From an uncultured Acidobacteriaceae bacterium (GTDB taxonomy: Bacteria; Acidobacteriota; Terriglobia; Terriglobales; Acidobacteriaceae), in contig CAXTBI010000007.1 in assembly GCA_964242195.1 (NCBI GenBank), positions 6-64,005 of the forward strand: a DNA stretch of 64,000 bases, read 5' to 3'. Under the pieces are notes generated by a model. The model was not told the DNA's origin. It saw only the letters and a program-made list of their open reading frames with translations, and did no database searches. Positions 28,257-38,983 of the stretch are shown here, one piece after another; positions within the stretch are counted from its first letter, which is position 1; every line of letters begins with the position of its first letter. Made by a program: the position numbers and the translations under genes.

Positions 28257-29126
28257 TTGATGACCGTTGCGCAACCTTCCCGAACCGCTATGCGCGTTGC
28301 CCTGCGCCGCGCCGCGCACCAGCTCGTCGACGACCGGCCATTGATTTTCGAAGATCCCTTTGCCGTCTCCATCCTTGGACCGGAGGCGCGGGACGAACTT
28401 CGATGCACCCCTACGGCCCTCCGGCGGCCGTTTTCCGCAGCCCTAAGAGCATGGGTGGTGGCACGCGCTCGCTTTGCCGAGGACCTTCTCGCTCCGGGCA
28501 TGCTGTCCCGCGGCGTGGAGCAGTACCTCGTCCTTGGCGCGGGATTGGATACCTTCGCGCTGCGCAACCCATCTCCAGATCTCCGTGTGTTCGAGGTCGA
28601 TCACGCAGCGACGCAGGCATGGAAGCGCGAGCGGCTACAGGCAAGCCGACATCGTCTGCCGCGCAACGCAAGCCTGGTTCCGGTCGACTTCGAAAGGGAG
28701 TCTCTGCCAGCGAGGCTCCTGCAGGCCGGGTTCGATCCCGCCCTTCCCACCCTCACCGCCGCCTTGGGCGTTGTGCCGTATCTGACCCCAGAAGCCTTTG
28801 CAGACACCTGCCGATTTTTGGCGGGTTTGCCGGACGGCTCCAGTTTTGTTTTCGACTACCGGCAACCGCGGGAGGCGCTGCCCACGGTCGAGCAGCAAAT
28901 GCATGATTCGCTGAGTGCCCGCGTTGCGCAGGCAGGTGAGCCGTTCCAGCTGTTTTTCACCCCGAACGCATTGCAGGAAACACTTCTGCGTTACGGCCTG
29001 GCGGTGATCGATGACCTCGGCTGTGCGCAGATCAATGCGCTTTACTTCGACGGGCGCATGGATGGCCTGGCGGCGCGGGGAAGCGGCGACCGGCTTTGCC
29101 ACGCGCAAGCGATTCCAAAGCGCTGA
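28257..29126 (+). CDS. SAM-dependent methyltransferase, LCM / TIGR00027-like
   Basis: SRTA...A.RR; VVARARFAED; QYLVLGAGLDT; VFEVDH; VPVDF. Confidence 0.88.
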   Translation: MMTVAQPSRTAMRVALRRAAHQLVDDRPLIFEDPFAVSILGPEARDELRCTPTALRRPFSAALRAWVVARARFAEDLLAPGMLSRGVEQYLVLGAGLDTFALRNPSPDLRVFEVDHAATQAWKRERLQASRHRLPRNASLVPVDFERESLPARLLQAGFDPALPTLTAALGVVPYLTPEAFADTCRFLAGLPDGSSFVFDYRQPREALPTVEQQMHDSLSARVAQAGEPFQLFFTPNALQETLLRYGLAVIDDLGCAQINALYFDGRMDGLAARGSGDRLCHAQAIPKR

Positions 29127-29231
29127 AGCCGATCGCCCCGAAGCCCCACAGCCTAAAAGCCCAGAAGCCTAGAAGCCCAGAGCCCAGAAGCCCGGAGCCT
29201 AGAGCCTATTCGCCGCGCTACGGGATGACAC
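29124..29231. repeat. Degenerate 7-8-bp tandem array (AGAAGCC[C/T]) ending in a REP-like GCTACGGGATGACA end
   Basis: cagaagcctagaagcccagagcccagaagcccggagcctagagcc. 29217-29230 is the exact reverse complement of 24269-24282. Confidence 0.7.
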
Positions 29232-29452
29232 AAGGAGAAGGCTCAGGTACCGCAGCAAACAGTTGTATCGTTCGCCTCCGGTCGAGATGAACCCTTTTTT
29301 TGAAAGCTTGGGAAATGCATAATTGCGCCGTCGAAACCGAGCCTGCAAACCGGTCTACAAACGGCTTGGGCTCCGCGATGCGAGAATCGAGGTGGCCCCT
29401 GCTTCCGAATGAGACCGGAAGCCGCAGTGGAGCCAGGTGCATCGGCACATTC

Positions 29453-31051
29453 ATGCAATACGAAGAAGCTTTAGAAACCCTGGCCGCTCTCGGCCCCGAA
29501 CTGCGCACCGGCGCCGCGCTGGCGGGCGTCGCACCTCCGCGCAAATTCTCGCTGGACCATATCCGCACCCTGTTGCACGCGCTCGGCAATCCGCAGATGC
29601 GTTTTCGCTCCGTCCTGATTGCCGGCACCAACGGCAAAGGTTCCACTGCGGCCACTTTGGCTTCGATCCTCGCTGCGGCAGGTGTGCGCACGGGCCTGTA
29701 CACGTCGCCGCACTTGATGCGGGTCAACGAACGCATGCGGGCCTTCGACGGCGGAACGCTGCCCGAAATAGCCGACAAGGATTTCGGCCGGCTTTTTGGG
29801 CAGGTCTACGAAAAGGCGTGTGACCTGGTCGACCGCTGCCTGCTTCCGCACACCCCCAGTTTTTTTGAGCTGCTCACGGCGGTAGGTCTGCTTTTCTTTG
29901 CCGAGCGGGGCGTCGATCTGGCCGTCCTGGAGGTCGGTCTGGGTGGGCGGTTGGATGCCACCAATGTTGTCGAGCCGATCGTTTCGGTGATCACCGACAT
30001 CGGCATCGATCACACGGAATTCCTCGGGAACACCATGGCGGAGATCGCCACGGAAAAGGCCGGCATCCTGCGCGAAAACGGTGTCCTGGTCACCCTCTCC
30101 CAGCACCCGGAAGCTAACGCTGCGATCGGGGAACGTGCGTTGGCGCTGCACGTTCGCGGCGTGGACGCCTCGCGTTGTCTACCCCCGCACGGGTTCACCG
30201 GCGTGCCAGAGCTGACCGCTCAACCGGTACACAAACCTTGGAACAGCCCGCTACCAGCTCCAATGCCGTTCAATCTGAACGAGTTGGAAGGCCCCGTGCC
30301 TGTGGCTCACCGTTCGGACTCGGGCCATGCTGAACCGATCGCCCCGCTTCGGGAGCCATCGCCGCTGGGTCGCAACGCGTATGCCATTCCCATCGATAGC
30401 GAAATTCTTCAACTCGATTCCCCGTTAGCCGGTCGCCATCAGCAGCGCAATCTGGCGCTGGCCGTGGCGACTGCACTGGAGTTGCGCGCCAACCATGGTA
30501 TGTCGATTCCGAACGAGGCGATCGCGGCGGGGGTGCGGTCCACCGTGTGGCCGGGGCGGCTGGAGTGGCTGCCGGCGCAACCGAACGCTCCCCGACCGCA
30601 CGCTCCGTTGCTGCTGGACGTTGCGCATAACCCGGCCGGGGCCTGGACGCTGCGGGCCGCGCTGGCGCAGCTGCCGGAAGACCGCCCGCGCACGCTGATT
30701 TTCAGCTGTCTTGCCGACAAGCGAATCGACGAGATGGCGCGCATCCTGCTGCCGCTCTTCGATGCCACCTCCGGCGACCCGGCACGACGGCGCGATCACA
30801 TCGTGTTTGCACCGATCGCCAATCCGCGTGCGGCCACGGCGGGGCAGCTACTTGCCGTAGCGCACGCGCTCGACATCCCCGCTCACTCCGCTCCACACGT
30901 CCACGCCGCGCTGGGGCAGGCCCAGGCGCTGACTCCCGCCGAGGGCGTGATTGTGGCCACCGGCTCCGTGTATCTCATCGGCGAATTGCGCGTCCTGGCC
31001 CTGGCAGAGCGCACCGGGGCGGAACCTCCAGCCGCCGCGGGTACCGCATAA
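29453..31051 (+). CDS. folC: Dihydrofolate/folylpolyglutamate synthase
   Basis: IAGTNGKGS; YTSPHL; EVGLGGRLDATN; WPGRLE; LDVAHNPAG; follows accD. Confidence 0.95.
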   Translation: MQYEEALETLAALGPELRTGAALAGVAPPRKFSLDHIRTLLHALGNPQMRFRSVLIAGTNGKGSTAATLASILAAAGVRTGLYTSPHLMRVNERMRAFDGGTLPEIADKDFGRLFGQVYEKACDLVDRCLLPHTPSFFELLTAVGLLFFAERGVDLAVLEVGLGGRLDATNVVEPIVSVITDIGIDHTEFLGNTMAEIATEKAGILRENGVLVTLSQHPEANAAIGERALALHVRGVDASRCLPPHGFTGVPELTAQPVHKPWNSPLPAPMPFNLNELEGPVPVAHRSDSGHAEPIAPLREPSPLGRNAYAIPIDSEILQLDSPLAGRHQQRNLALAVATALELRANHGMSIPNEAIAAGVRSTVWPGRLEWLPAQPNAPRPHAPLLLDVAHNPAGAWTLRAALAQLPEDRPRTLIFSCLADKRIDEMARILLPLFDATSGDPARRRDHIVFAPIANPRAATAGQLLAVAHALDIPAHSAPHVHAALGQAQALTPAEGVIVATGSVYLIGELRVLALAERTGAEPPAAAGTA

Positions 31052-31052
31052 C

Positions 31053-31871
31053 ATGCCGCCCATGCCCTCGGTCCCTGGAAATCCCCTTCCCGAGCCCGGA
31101 CCCCAAATAGCTTCACAGCCCAACCCGCCCAATTCACCGGTGCCGTCCGCGCTGCGCTGGCTGACGTATCTTTTGCTGCTGCCGCTGATCACCCTGGCAA
31201 CAGCGTTTTTTGGCTGCATCTCCCTGGTTTGCGGGCTTTGGGACACGGACGGCCATCAGCAGCATGCCGTCGCTCGGCTTTGGGCCCGTGTCCTACTGCG
31301 GCTGGCGCTTTCGCCGGTAACGGTGGTGCATCCCGAACGCCTCCGTGGGCTGGGCACGGCGGTCTTTGCCAGCAATCACCTAAGCTATTACGATACGCCG
31401 GTTCTGTTCGCGAAGCTGCCGTTTCAGTTCCGCATCCTCGCCAAGGCCCCGCTTTGGAAGCTGCCGTTTATCGGGTGGTATCTCCGGCGCTCGGGGCAGG
31501 TTTCGATCGACAGCAGCTCGGCCCGCGCAGGGGTGGCCAGTTTGGGGCGCGGGGTGAAGGCGCTCGAAAGCGGCATGCCGTTGATGATTTTCCCCGAAGG
31601 GGGCCGCGCCGAAACGGGCCAGCTCAAATCCATGGTTGCCGGTGCGGCCTGGATGGCGCTGAAAGCGCAAGTTCCGCTGGTGCCGCTAACGCTGATCGGC
31701 ACCTATGAGCTGCTGCCAATGCATGTCTACGCCCTGCGCCCCCGTCCACTGAAGTTGATTGTCGGCGAACCCATTTCAACCGTCGGCCTCACCACACGGG
31801 ACGCCGAACGGCTGACACAGGAGCTGCGCGCAGTGATCTACAAAACCTACACCGCAGAATATGTTGGATAG
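31053..31871 (+). CDS. plsC: 1-acyl-sn-glycerol-3-phosphate acyltransferase
   Basis: SNHLSYYD (HX4D); IFPEGGR. Confidence 0.9.
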   Translation: MPPMPSVPGNPLPEPGPQIASQPNPPNSPVPSALRWLTYLLLLPLITLATAFFGCISLVCGLWDTDGHQQHAVARLWARVLLRLALSPVTVVHPERLRGLGTAVFASNHLSYYDTPVLFAKLPFQFRILAKAPLWKLPFIGWYLRRSGQVSIDSSSARAGVASLGRGVKALESGMPLMIFPEGGRAETGQLKSMVAGAAWMALKAQVPLVPLTLIGTYELLPMHVYALRPRPLKLIVGEPISTVGLTTRDAERLTQELRAVIYKTYTAEYVG

Positions 31872-31892
31872 GTCAAACATATGCGTATTAGC

Positions 31893-32623
31893 TTAGCTGT
31901 TCCTGTGCGGCACTCGTATGATTCCCAGCCCACGAGGATCGCTCTCTGAGGCTGCGGCAACACAAATTGGCGCCAGAACTTCGAAAGCTTTGTCTAAACC
32001 GTACTTCGTTTTCGAAGCTAATGGGTACTCACTTCTAAACAGGGCATAGGCACAGAAATCGGCCATTTGGATAAATGGAGAATTTCGTGAGTCACGATAG
32101 ACAATGTCCTCTACCAGACGCTCTACTGGCATATTTTTGTATGTAAGCCCGCCAGGCCACTTTCCATAGCGACTTGGAACCGGGTTGTAGATACCCATGC
32201 GACGAACCACATGGGAGTAATCTTTACCTTCATCGTGGATTATTACTGCATGGCTGCGCCACTCGGCCATCGTACGATTCAGGCGGGTCACGAGTCGCTC
32301 AAATAGTTGACGCTCGCTTGACCGCGGTCCTATCGCGTTCAACATACGGATCTTAGGCAAACCAGCGCAGATCCCAAGAGCCTGACGAAATATTTCGCAT
32401 CGCCTCGATTTCGATACAATATCCGGTCCAATGTTACCTCGTCCAGCAACGAACTCCGTTGCGTGGAGCTCCTTAGTGATGTAGATCCCATCGGTCTGCT
32501 TAAAGAGCGCCGAAAATCCAGCATTATGGCGCGACTGGTCCGCCAGACGGATTCGTGAACGAGCAGCGCAGAGTAGCATCTGACTTTCTCGTCACCCGAA
32601 TCATCAAAATACGCAAGAAACAT
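31893..32623 (-). pseudogene. DUF3800 family protein split by a 1-nt frameshift near 32500 (or a sequencing error)
   Basis: N-terminal MFLAYFDDSG lies in the 32339..32674 frame. KELHATE, IIHDEG and IQMADFCAY lie in the 31893..32579 frame. Visibly lower GC than the flanks. Confidence 0.75.
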
Positions 32624-32728
32624 ATTGTGTACTTGTTTCGCTCGAACTACACTATACGAGCAGGGCTGGCCCATTCCTAACGATGGGAGAGGTGTCCGGT
32701 TCTGCTATAACTGTCCGCGTGGTCCGCG

Positions 32729-33913
32729 TCAGATCCGCATGGGCATCAGGATGTAGCGGTAGCGCACATCCTCGTTGCCGTCCTCGGGGCGCATTTGGCC
32801 GGCGGATTGCGCGTCTTTGAACTCCAGTCGCACTTCGCCGGCGTTGCCGATCGCCTTTAAGAAGTCGACCAGGTAGCTGGAATTGAAGCCAACCACCAAC
32901 GGATCGTAGTTGTACGGCGTCTCGATGACATCTTCGGATTCGCCCGCATCGGTGGACTGCGCGGAAAGCTTTAACTCGTTCTGCTCCATGCGGATGCGGA
33001 TCGCGCCGGAGCGCTCGTCCGCGAACTGGGCGACGCGCTGGATGGAACTCATCAGGTCCTCCGAGCGGACGATGACAAACTTGTTGTTGTCACGCGGCAG
33101 CACGGCCTCATAGTTGGGGAACTGGCCGGTGAGTTTGCGGCTGGTCAGCACACGGCCGCCGATCTTGAAAAAGAGCGTCTGGTCGTCGTCGGCGAACTCG
33201 ATTTGCTCGGCTTCCGTGTTGGCCAGCAGGCCATTCAGTTCGGCAAGCGCCTTACGCGGAATCAGCGTCTTCTTCTCGCCGGAGATGCCTTCCAGGCTCT
33301 CACCGATCTTCTCGATGTGCGCCAGGCGGTGGCCATCCGTGGCCACCATGGCCATGGAGTCCGCCTTGAGCACAAGGAGCGCGCCGTTCAGTGTGTAGCG
33401 TGACTCCTCGTTGGAGATGGCAAAGATTACCTTGGCGATCATGTTGCGCAGCGCCGCCGCGGCGATCCTGTAGCCCCCTCCTTGCGGAAACTCGGGGACC
33501 TGCGGGAAATTCGCACGCGCCATGCCCACCATTTTGGTATTGGAACGTCCCGCACGGATCCCCACCCAGTGGTTATCCATCAGCTTGATGCTGATGTCGC
33601 CTTCGGGCAGCAGGCGAATGTAGTCGTAGAGCTTGCGGGCGGGGATGGTGCAGGCGCCCGGCTTTTTCACCTTCGCGGCGCAGCTTGTCCGTAAGGACTG
33701 GTCGAGATCGGTCGCGGTGATGGTGAGCCGGCCACCCCCGTCTTCCCCCATCGCCGCCTCGAACAGGAAATTTGAAAGGATCGGGATGGTTGTCTTGCGC
33801 TCCACCACGGACTGCGCCGCGGTAAGCTCACGCAGCAGTTCAGCGCGCGTAACGGTGATTTCAAGGTTGCCGGTCGGCGCGGCAATTTCTGGCGTAAGCG
33901 TAGCGGTTGACAC
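32729..33913 (-). CDS. dnaN: DNA polymerase III beta sliding clamp
   Basis: KTTIPILSN; ATDLD; ATDGHRLA; GQFPNYE; ILMPMRI. GTG 33913 follows AGGAG. Confidence 0.97.
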   Translation of the reverse strand: MSTATLTPEIAAPTGNLEITVTRAELLRELTAAQSVVERKTTIPILSNFLFEAAMGEDGGGRLTITATDLDQSLRTSCAAKVKKPGACTIPARKLYDYIRLLPEGDISIKLMDNHWVGIRAGRSNTKMVGMARANFPQVPEFPQGGGYRIAAAALRNMIAKVIFAISNEESRYTLNGALLVLKADSMAMVATDGHRLAHIEKIGESLEGISGEKKTLIPRKALAELNGLLANTEAEQIEFADDDQTLFFKIGGRVLTSRKLTGQFPNYEAVLPRDNNKFVIVRSEDLMSSIQRVAQFADERSGAIRIRMEQNELKLSAQSTDAGESEDVIETPYNYDPLVVGFNSSYLVDFLKAIGNAGEVRLEFKDAQSAGQMRPEDGNEDVRYRYILMPMRI

Positions 33914-33959
33914 TTTCGGTTCGTCTCCTGCGGTTGGCCTTGATTCTAGGCGACGCGGA

Positions 33960-34560
33960 CCCTTTCGCGCTGCCTTTCTGTCATGTGGATTAGACGGCAT
34001 TTGTGTGCCGAACGTGTCGAGCCGGTTCCCGGGCCTGCAACGGGATGGAATGCGAAGGGGGCTTCTAAAAACCAAGTTTTGTGGATAGTTCTTTCCCGTA
34101 ATCACAGCCGTTGTCTGTGCAAGGGTGGAAAAGGGGCCTATCTCTCGTCTGCTCAGGCGGATACCGACGTACACGAAATCCAAAACGGAGTTTCCGAAAC
34201 GGGAAATCGAGAACATCCGGTGCAAGGGGAAGAGTTCGGCTCCACGTTCTCCCGGTTTTCCGCAGCGGGGTGCAACGCCGTGCGCGCAAAGGAGCGGCGC
34301 TAGGTAGTGAAACGGTCCACAAACCCGGATTGGCGTGGGTTTCCAACGATCGCTTTCCCCACAGGGCCGGCTTCGGACAGAGGGAAACGGGTACACAACG
34401 GCTCTTGGAGCTACTGTCCCCGCGGTTGGATTTCGGGAGCGCCGGGCGCGTCAGAGAACGCCGATGTTGAGGAAAACAGGGCAGTCCGAGCGTGGGCGGA
34501 CCTCCGCCCCCTTGGCTTTTGTTCCCGCCCGGCATGGAATAGGTCATTGGGCACACAGGG
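33960..34560. other. Candidate oriC: DnaA-box cluster upstream of dnaN
   Basis: 1-mismatch boxes TGTGGATTA 33984-33992 and TGTGGATAG 34080-34088. 2-mismatch boxes GGTGGAAAA 34124, TTTTCCGCA 34256, TTCCCCACA 34355 and TGAGGAAAA 34468. All lie in a ~740-bp noncoding gap. Confidence 0.6.
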
Positions 34561-34654
34561 CCACAGGGCTCAGCAGGCGCAGAGCACGCTGCGGTTTTGA
34601 AGGCAGCATTTAGGGAATTCGTTGCTTTGCCTCCGAGCGGAAGCCAAGTGGAGG

Positions 34655-35236
34655 CTAGACTTCGTGTGGCCGGTTTGCCAGATTGTTCGGTCGCTCTGCG
34701 CGCCCTCCGCCCCGCTCCGTGGCACGCCGTCTCTCCATGGGAACACGGTAGCCAGCGGGATAGAGCGCAACAAAGCGTCCCTGCCCTTCGCCGGAGCTTG
34801 CGGTTTGCAGACCGGAATCGCGCAGCAGCAAATGCAGCATGCGGCGCTCACGCGAGTTCATCGGCGGGAACTGAAAAGGCTGCCCTGTCTCGGTTACGGT
34901 CGCAACGGCTGCCTGCGCGGTGGATCGCAGGCCGGCGGTGCGTTTGGCCTTGTAACCGTCCGTGTCGAAGCTGACGCGATCATGCTCTTCCGGCTCCAGC
35001 CGCAGCATCTTGGCGGCGATGTGCTCCAGCGCGCGCAGCAGGTCGCCGTCACGCTCCAGCAGCAGACCGGCATCGGGCCCTTTGCACTCGACATAGAGAT
35101 CGCGCCGCTCCAGGCCGTCCGGGTCCGCCGCCCCGGCACCGGCCGTGATACGGAATCGGAGCCGAAGGCCTCCTACCGTGGTGAGGAGCCGCATCAGTGT
35201 GGCCAACACTTCCGCTGCGGGCGCGAGGTCTTCCAT
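34655..35236 (-). CDS. jag: Jag/KhpB (EloR) RNA-binding protein, KH plus R3H
   Basis: GDLLRALEHI; PMNSRERRMLH R3H motif; SSGEGQGRFV; downstream of yidC. Confidence 0.88.
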   Translation of the reverse strand: MEDLAPAAEVLATLMRLLTTVGGLRLRFRITAGAGAADPDGLERRDLYVECKGPDAGLLLERDGDLLRALEHIAAKMLRLEPEEHDRVSFDTDGYKAKRTAGLRSTAQAAVATVTETGQPFQFPPMNSRERRMLHLLLRDSGLQTASSGEGQGRFVALYPAGYRVPMERRRATERGGGRAERPNNLANRPHEV

Positions 35237-35349
35237 GCGGTGCAACTCCGTGTGGTTGTCCTTCTTCCGGTGCAAGGGGTACCCGAGCAGACAAGCCACG
35301 TTTTCTACTATACGAAACTTAAGACCGTCCCGTTTCGCCGCGCAAACAG

Positions 35350-37167
35350 TCACCGTCGCGCCTGGATGGTCTTTCCCCTCGCCCCGGTTGTCAGGGTCTT
35401 CTTTTTGGCCCGATTCAGTTGTAGCTGGCGCATTTCGCGGCCCAGCGAGGTACGGTTCATCACCAGCTGCTGGATCATCATGATGATGTTGCCGACGTTC
35501 CAATAGAGCGCCAGACCGGAAGCGTAGCTCCATGTCCAATACCCGGAAATGGCAGGCATCATAAAGGCCATCATCCGCTGCTGCTGTGGATCCACGCCCG
35601 GCTGCGGCATGTAGAACTGCACCGCAAACGAGGTCAGCACCATCACGATCGGGAGAATGTGGTAGGGATCTGCGGCAGCCAGGTCGGGCAGCCACAGAAA
35701 ATGCGCGTGCCGCAGTTCGACCACCTTGGTCATCATGGCGAAAAAGGCGAACAGCAGCGGAAACTGGACCAGCGTGGGGATGCAGCCACCGAAAACGTTG
35801 ACGCCGTTTTCCTTCTGGTACGCCATGATTTCCTGGTTCATGGCCGCAGTCTTCGTGTCTGTCGGGCCGGGGTTGCCATGCTTGGCCTTGATGGCGTCAA
35901 TTTGCGGTTGTATACGTTGCATTTTGAGCGCCGAACGCATGGAGGTGATGCGCAGGGGCAAAAGCACCAGGTTGATCAGGACGGTAAACAGCACGATCGC
36001 CCATCCCCAACTGGAGACCACATGCGCGTGCATGAACTGCAGGCCCAGAAAGAGGAATTTTGCGATGGGCCCCCAGAAGCCGAAGTCCAGCATGGCTTCA
36101 AGCGAGTGGCCTGTGACCGAACTGACCGATTTCAGCACCGGTACGGCTTTGGGGCCGACGAAAAGGCGGGTCTGCACATGGTTCGTGCGGTCCCCGATAG
36201 CCGCGCCCAGTACGGGCACCAGTGCCGTGCCCTTGGCCGGGGCACCCTGGCCCACGCGGCGCGCCACCTTGCTTACATCGATCTCATTGTGCAGTGTGAC
36301 CAGGGTTGCATCGTTGGGACGGTCGGGCAGAAACACCGCGCCGAAATACTTGTCGGCTGCGCCGGCCCAATCGAACGGGCCCTGCACCGTGGCGCCACCG
36401 ACCACTTTCTTAAAGGCATCATGGTGCTCCTTGCCGTCGCTCATGGTGTCGATGGTCGAGTCGGCATAGGCCTGGGCATTTTCCATATCGCCGAAGCCAG
36501 CGGGCCAGGCCAAGGTGGCCGCCACCGGCGCCCCGTTCACAAAGACCTGCGTGTCGGCATGGACGACATAGTCGGAGCCGAAAGCAAAGGTCTTGATCAC
36601 CTTTACCCCGTTGGCGCTGTAGTTGAAGCTCAGGCTCGCCGGCGATTGCAGGGTGCCGGTCGCCGAAGGCAGGTAGAGCGCCTCGCTCAGCTTGCGTGTG
36701 AGTCCGGGGTTGTAGGTATAGAGCGAAAAGGGGTAGCCGTAAAGACGAGAAGCCCCTTCGTGTACAAGATCCAGCGGGTGACCGGCGTCATCCTTGTAAC
36801 GTTTCAATATCCACGAACTGACCTGCCCCCCGCGATTGGAGAAGGTGATGCGGTAGAGCTCGTTCTCCACGACCGTGGAGCTTTCGGCGGCGGCCGCCAC
36901 ACTCGCCGCGTCTCCCGCAGCCCCGGGCTGTGAGGCCGCCGAGGGGAGAGCGGCCGTGTTGTCCACACCGGGATTGGTGTTCGCCGGAGCGGTAATGCCA
37001 GCCGTTGCTTTGGGCGACTCGGTTTGGGGATTGTGTTTGGTGCGCCAGAATTGCAGCCCAAACATCACACCGACCATCACCAGCAGCATCAAAATAAATT
37101 GGCGGTTATCCTGACCGCCCGAACCGGCGCCGGAGCCCCCGGCGTTGGGATTTCGAAACTCTGGCAA
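35350..37167 (-). CDS. yidC: Membrane protein insertase YidC
   Basis: DFGFWG; WGWAIVLFT; GGCIPTLVQFP; WLPDLAAADPY; SGLALYW. Confidence 0.96.
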   Translation of the reverse strand: MPEFRNPNAGGSGAGSGGQDNRQFILMLLVMVGVMFGLQFWRTKHNPQTESPKATAGITAPANTNPGVDNTAALPSAASQPGAAGDAASVAAAAESSTVVENELYRITFSNRGGQVSSWILKRYKDDAGHPLDLVHEGASRLYGYPFSLYTYNPGLTRKLSEALYLPSATGTLQSPASLSFNYSANGVKVIKTFAFGSDYVVHADTQVFVNGAPVAATLAWPAGFGDMENAQAYADSTIDTMSDGKEHHDAFKKVVGGATVQGPFDWAGAADKYFGAVFLPDRPNDATLVTLHNEIDVSKVARRVGQGAPAKGTALVPVLGAAIGDRTNHVQTRLFVGPKAVPVLKSVSSVTGHSLEAMLDFGFWGPIAKFLFLGLQFMHAHVVSSWGWAIVLFTVLINLVLLPLRITSMRSALKMQRIQPQIDAIKAKHGNPGPTDTKTAAMNQEIMAYQKENGVNVFGGCIPTLVQFPLLFAFFAMMTKVVELRHAHFLWLPDLAAADPYHILPIVMVLTSFAVQFYMPQPGVDPQQQRMMAFMMPAISGYWTWSYASGLALYWNVGNIIMMIQQLVMNRTSLGREMRQLQLNRAKKKTLTTGARGKTIQARR

Positions 37168-37304
37168 GGGAACTTCCTATTCTTAAGCCTGCGCATCTTC
37201 CGTGCGCGAAGCTGAGCGCAACGCACGGACAAAGCGCTACCGTCCATGGTAAATGCAGAGTCGGGAACGAAGGTCCCCATGGGATTTTTCGTCACCGTCG
37301 CGGT

Positions 37305-37562
37305 TTACGGCACGGGGTCAAAGCCGCCCCGCCCGAAGGGCTGGCAACGCAGCAAGCGCCACAGGGCCAACGCGCCCCCGCGCAGAACTCCATGTTTTGC
37401 CACGGCGGCGTAGGCGTACTCGCTGCAGGTGGGCAGGTAACGGCAACCGCCGAGTGCGGAGGTGTGCAGAAGAGGGGAGAGCAAACGCTTATGCAAGACC
37501 AGCAAGGCACCGGCGAGGCGCTCGCGGGGGGGTCGGGGGAAGCGCCGCTCAGCGATGGGCAT
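37305..37562 (-). CDS. yidD: Membrane protein insertion efficiency factor
   Basis: [25 protein letters not shown]. Overlaps the 3' end of rnpA. Confidence 0.92.
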   Translation of the reverse strand: MPIAERRFPRPPRERLAGALLVLHKRLLSPLLHTSALGGCRYLPTCSEYAYAAVAKHGVLRGGALALWRLLRCQPFGRGGFDPVP

Positions 37563-38019
37563 GAGGCGGCACTTGCGTTGTTGCCGAGGGCTCCCCCGCA
37601 CCGGACACTGCGTCCGCGTGGCGCCCCTGTACGGATTTGGCCGGTACGGACCTTGCTTGTACAGACTTGAAGATAAGGGCGACTTCACGCTGCAGGAGGG
37701 GGAAATCCGCATCCAGAACGCTTCGCTTCGGGTGCAGCACGATATCGACCGGAAGGCTGCCCAGAAGTGGCAGTGCGGAGCGCACGAGTGCGCGAAGCCG
37801 CCGCTTGATTCGGTTGCGGTCCACGGCCTTGCCCAGCGCCTTGGGCACAGTGAGGCCGACGCGCGGACCGGTCGTCTCGCTGCGATCCGCCTCCGGCGAA
37901 CCGGGCGCGCGCAGCACACTGAAATAGGCAAGCTGCTTGGCCCACTGCTTGCGTGACGTCTTATAGACCCGCTGGTAGTCGGGGTGCTTGCGAAGACGAT
38001 GCTGGGTGGAAGCGCTCAT
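37549..38019 (-). CDS. rnpA: Ribonuclease P protein component
   Basis: [35 protein letters not shown] (RNR motif). Confidence 0.95.
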   Translation of the reverse strand: MSASTQHRLRKHPDYQRVYKTSRKQWAKQLAYFSVLRAPGSPEADRSETTGPRVGLTVPKALGKAVDRNRIKRRLRALVRSALPLLGSLPVDIVLHPKRSVLDADFPLLQREVALIFKSVQARSVPAKSVQGRHADAVSGAGEPSATTQVPPHAHR

Positions 38020-38206
38020 GGTTGGAGGCCGGGACTCGGTCCGCCTGCAGGATCCGGTGCGCCCCCGGGCCGTTCAGTGAGCGGGCGCGTCATGCGAGTA
38101 TGGGCATCGAGCTGTGGAGCATCGGGCTGGCGGAATCCGGCTGAGGGCATAGCCGCTCCGGAGTGAGCTCAAAGCCGGTGTACTCCTGCATTCCCGGGCA
38201 GGAAAA

Positions 38207-38362
38207 CTAATCGCGGAAGCCGGGGGAAACGGCGATCTTGTGGCGGCCCTTGGCGCGGCGGCGATTGAGCACAGCGGCACCCGCCTTGGTCTTCATGCGG
38301 CTAAGAAAGCCGTGGACCTTGCTACGGTGGCGGCGGTTGGGCTGAAATGTACGTTTGGGCAT
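38207..38362 (-). CDS. rpmH: 50S ribosomal protein L34 (absent from the ORF track)
   Basis: Manual translation gives [51 protein letters not shown]. Confidence 0.97.
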   Translation of the reverse strand: MPKRTFQPNRRHRSKVHGFLSRMKTKAGAAVLNRRRAKGRHKIAVSPGFRD

Positions 38363-38466
38363 GATGGAATCCTGTGTCTGAGCTTTTCGGCTGCGACTTC
38401 AGCCGGCTCACACTGCTCGGAGCCAGCCGCGCAACGGGATCGACACCCGTACGGCAGCAAGTCCTG

Positions 38467-38495
38467 AGTATAGCGTACGGCGGGGCTGCGAACAA
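38467..38495 (-). promoter_or_regulatory. Sigma70-type promoter for the rpmH operon
   Basis: TTGTTC-17 nt-TATACT on the minus strand, about 105 bp upstream of rpmH. Confidence 0.65.
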
Positions 38496-38983
38496 GGTTC
38501 AAGTTGAGCTGCCGAGCCCGCCAAGGGAACAGCTTGGATCGCCGCCCGGCCCTCGCCGTTGCCCGGCAGAGAACCACCCTTCGGTTCTTCACCAAGGCTG
38601 GTGCAAGCCGCCGTGACCCCAGGAATTTCGGCTGCGAGACGACAAAACTCCCCTCGCCGACGTGCTAGGATCGACTTCGTTCCGAGGAAACACGGGCCCG
38701 CACTCCGGAATCGAAAGCCGTGCTCTTCCCTGTCACACCTCCACTTCCCGCGTTGGCGGGTTACATTTCCAGGACGTCTCTCGGTACTCCGACCGTCGCC
38801 GACACGGTGGCGCTCGCAGGATTCCGCGTCCCTTTTCCCCGGCTTTTCCGGCCGGTGTAGGACCCTGTTTTTCCGTAGATTTCACCGATGGCACACGCAT
38901 CGTTGGCACAAGCATCGGTGCCGAACGTACTGCCGGATGTTTCAGATCGCACGCCGCACAGATAACTTAAGGATCCGCACGCA

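Noticed and set aside
32495..32510. Canonical programmed -1 frameshift in DUF3800
   Set aside because: T TTA AGC is not an X XXY YYZ heptamer. A deletion or sequencing error is the simpler explanation.
38363..38983. oriC in the rpmH-dnaA intergenic region
   Set aside because: I found no 0-1-mismatch DnaA boxes here. The better cluster lies upstream of dnaN.
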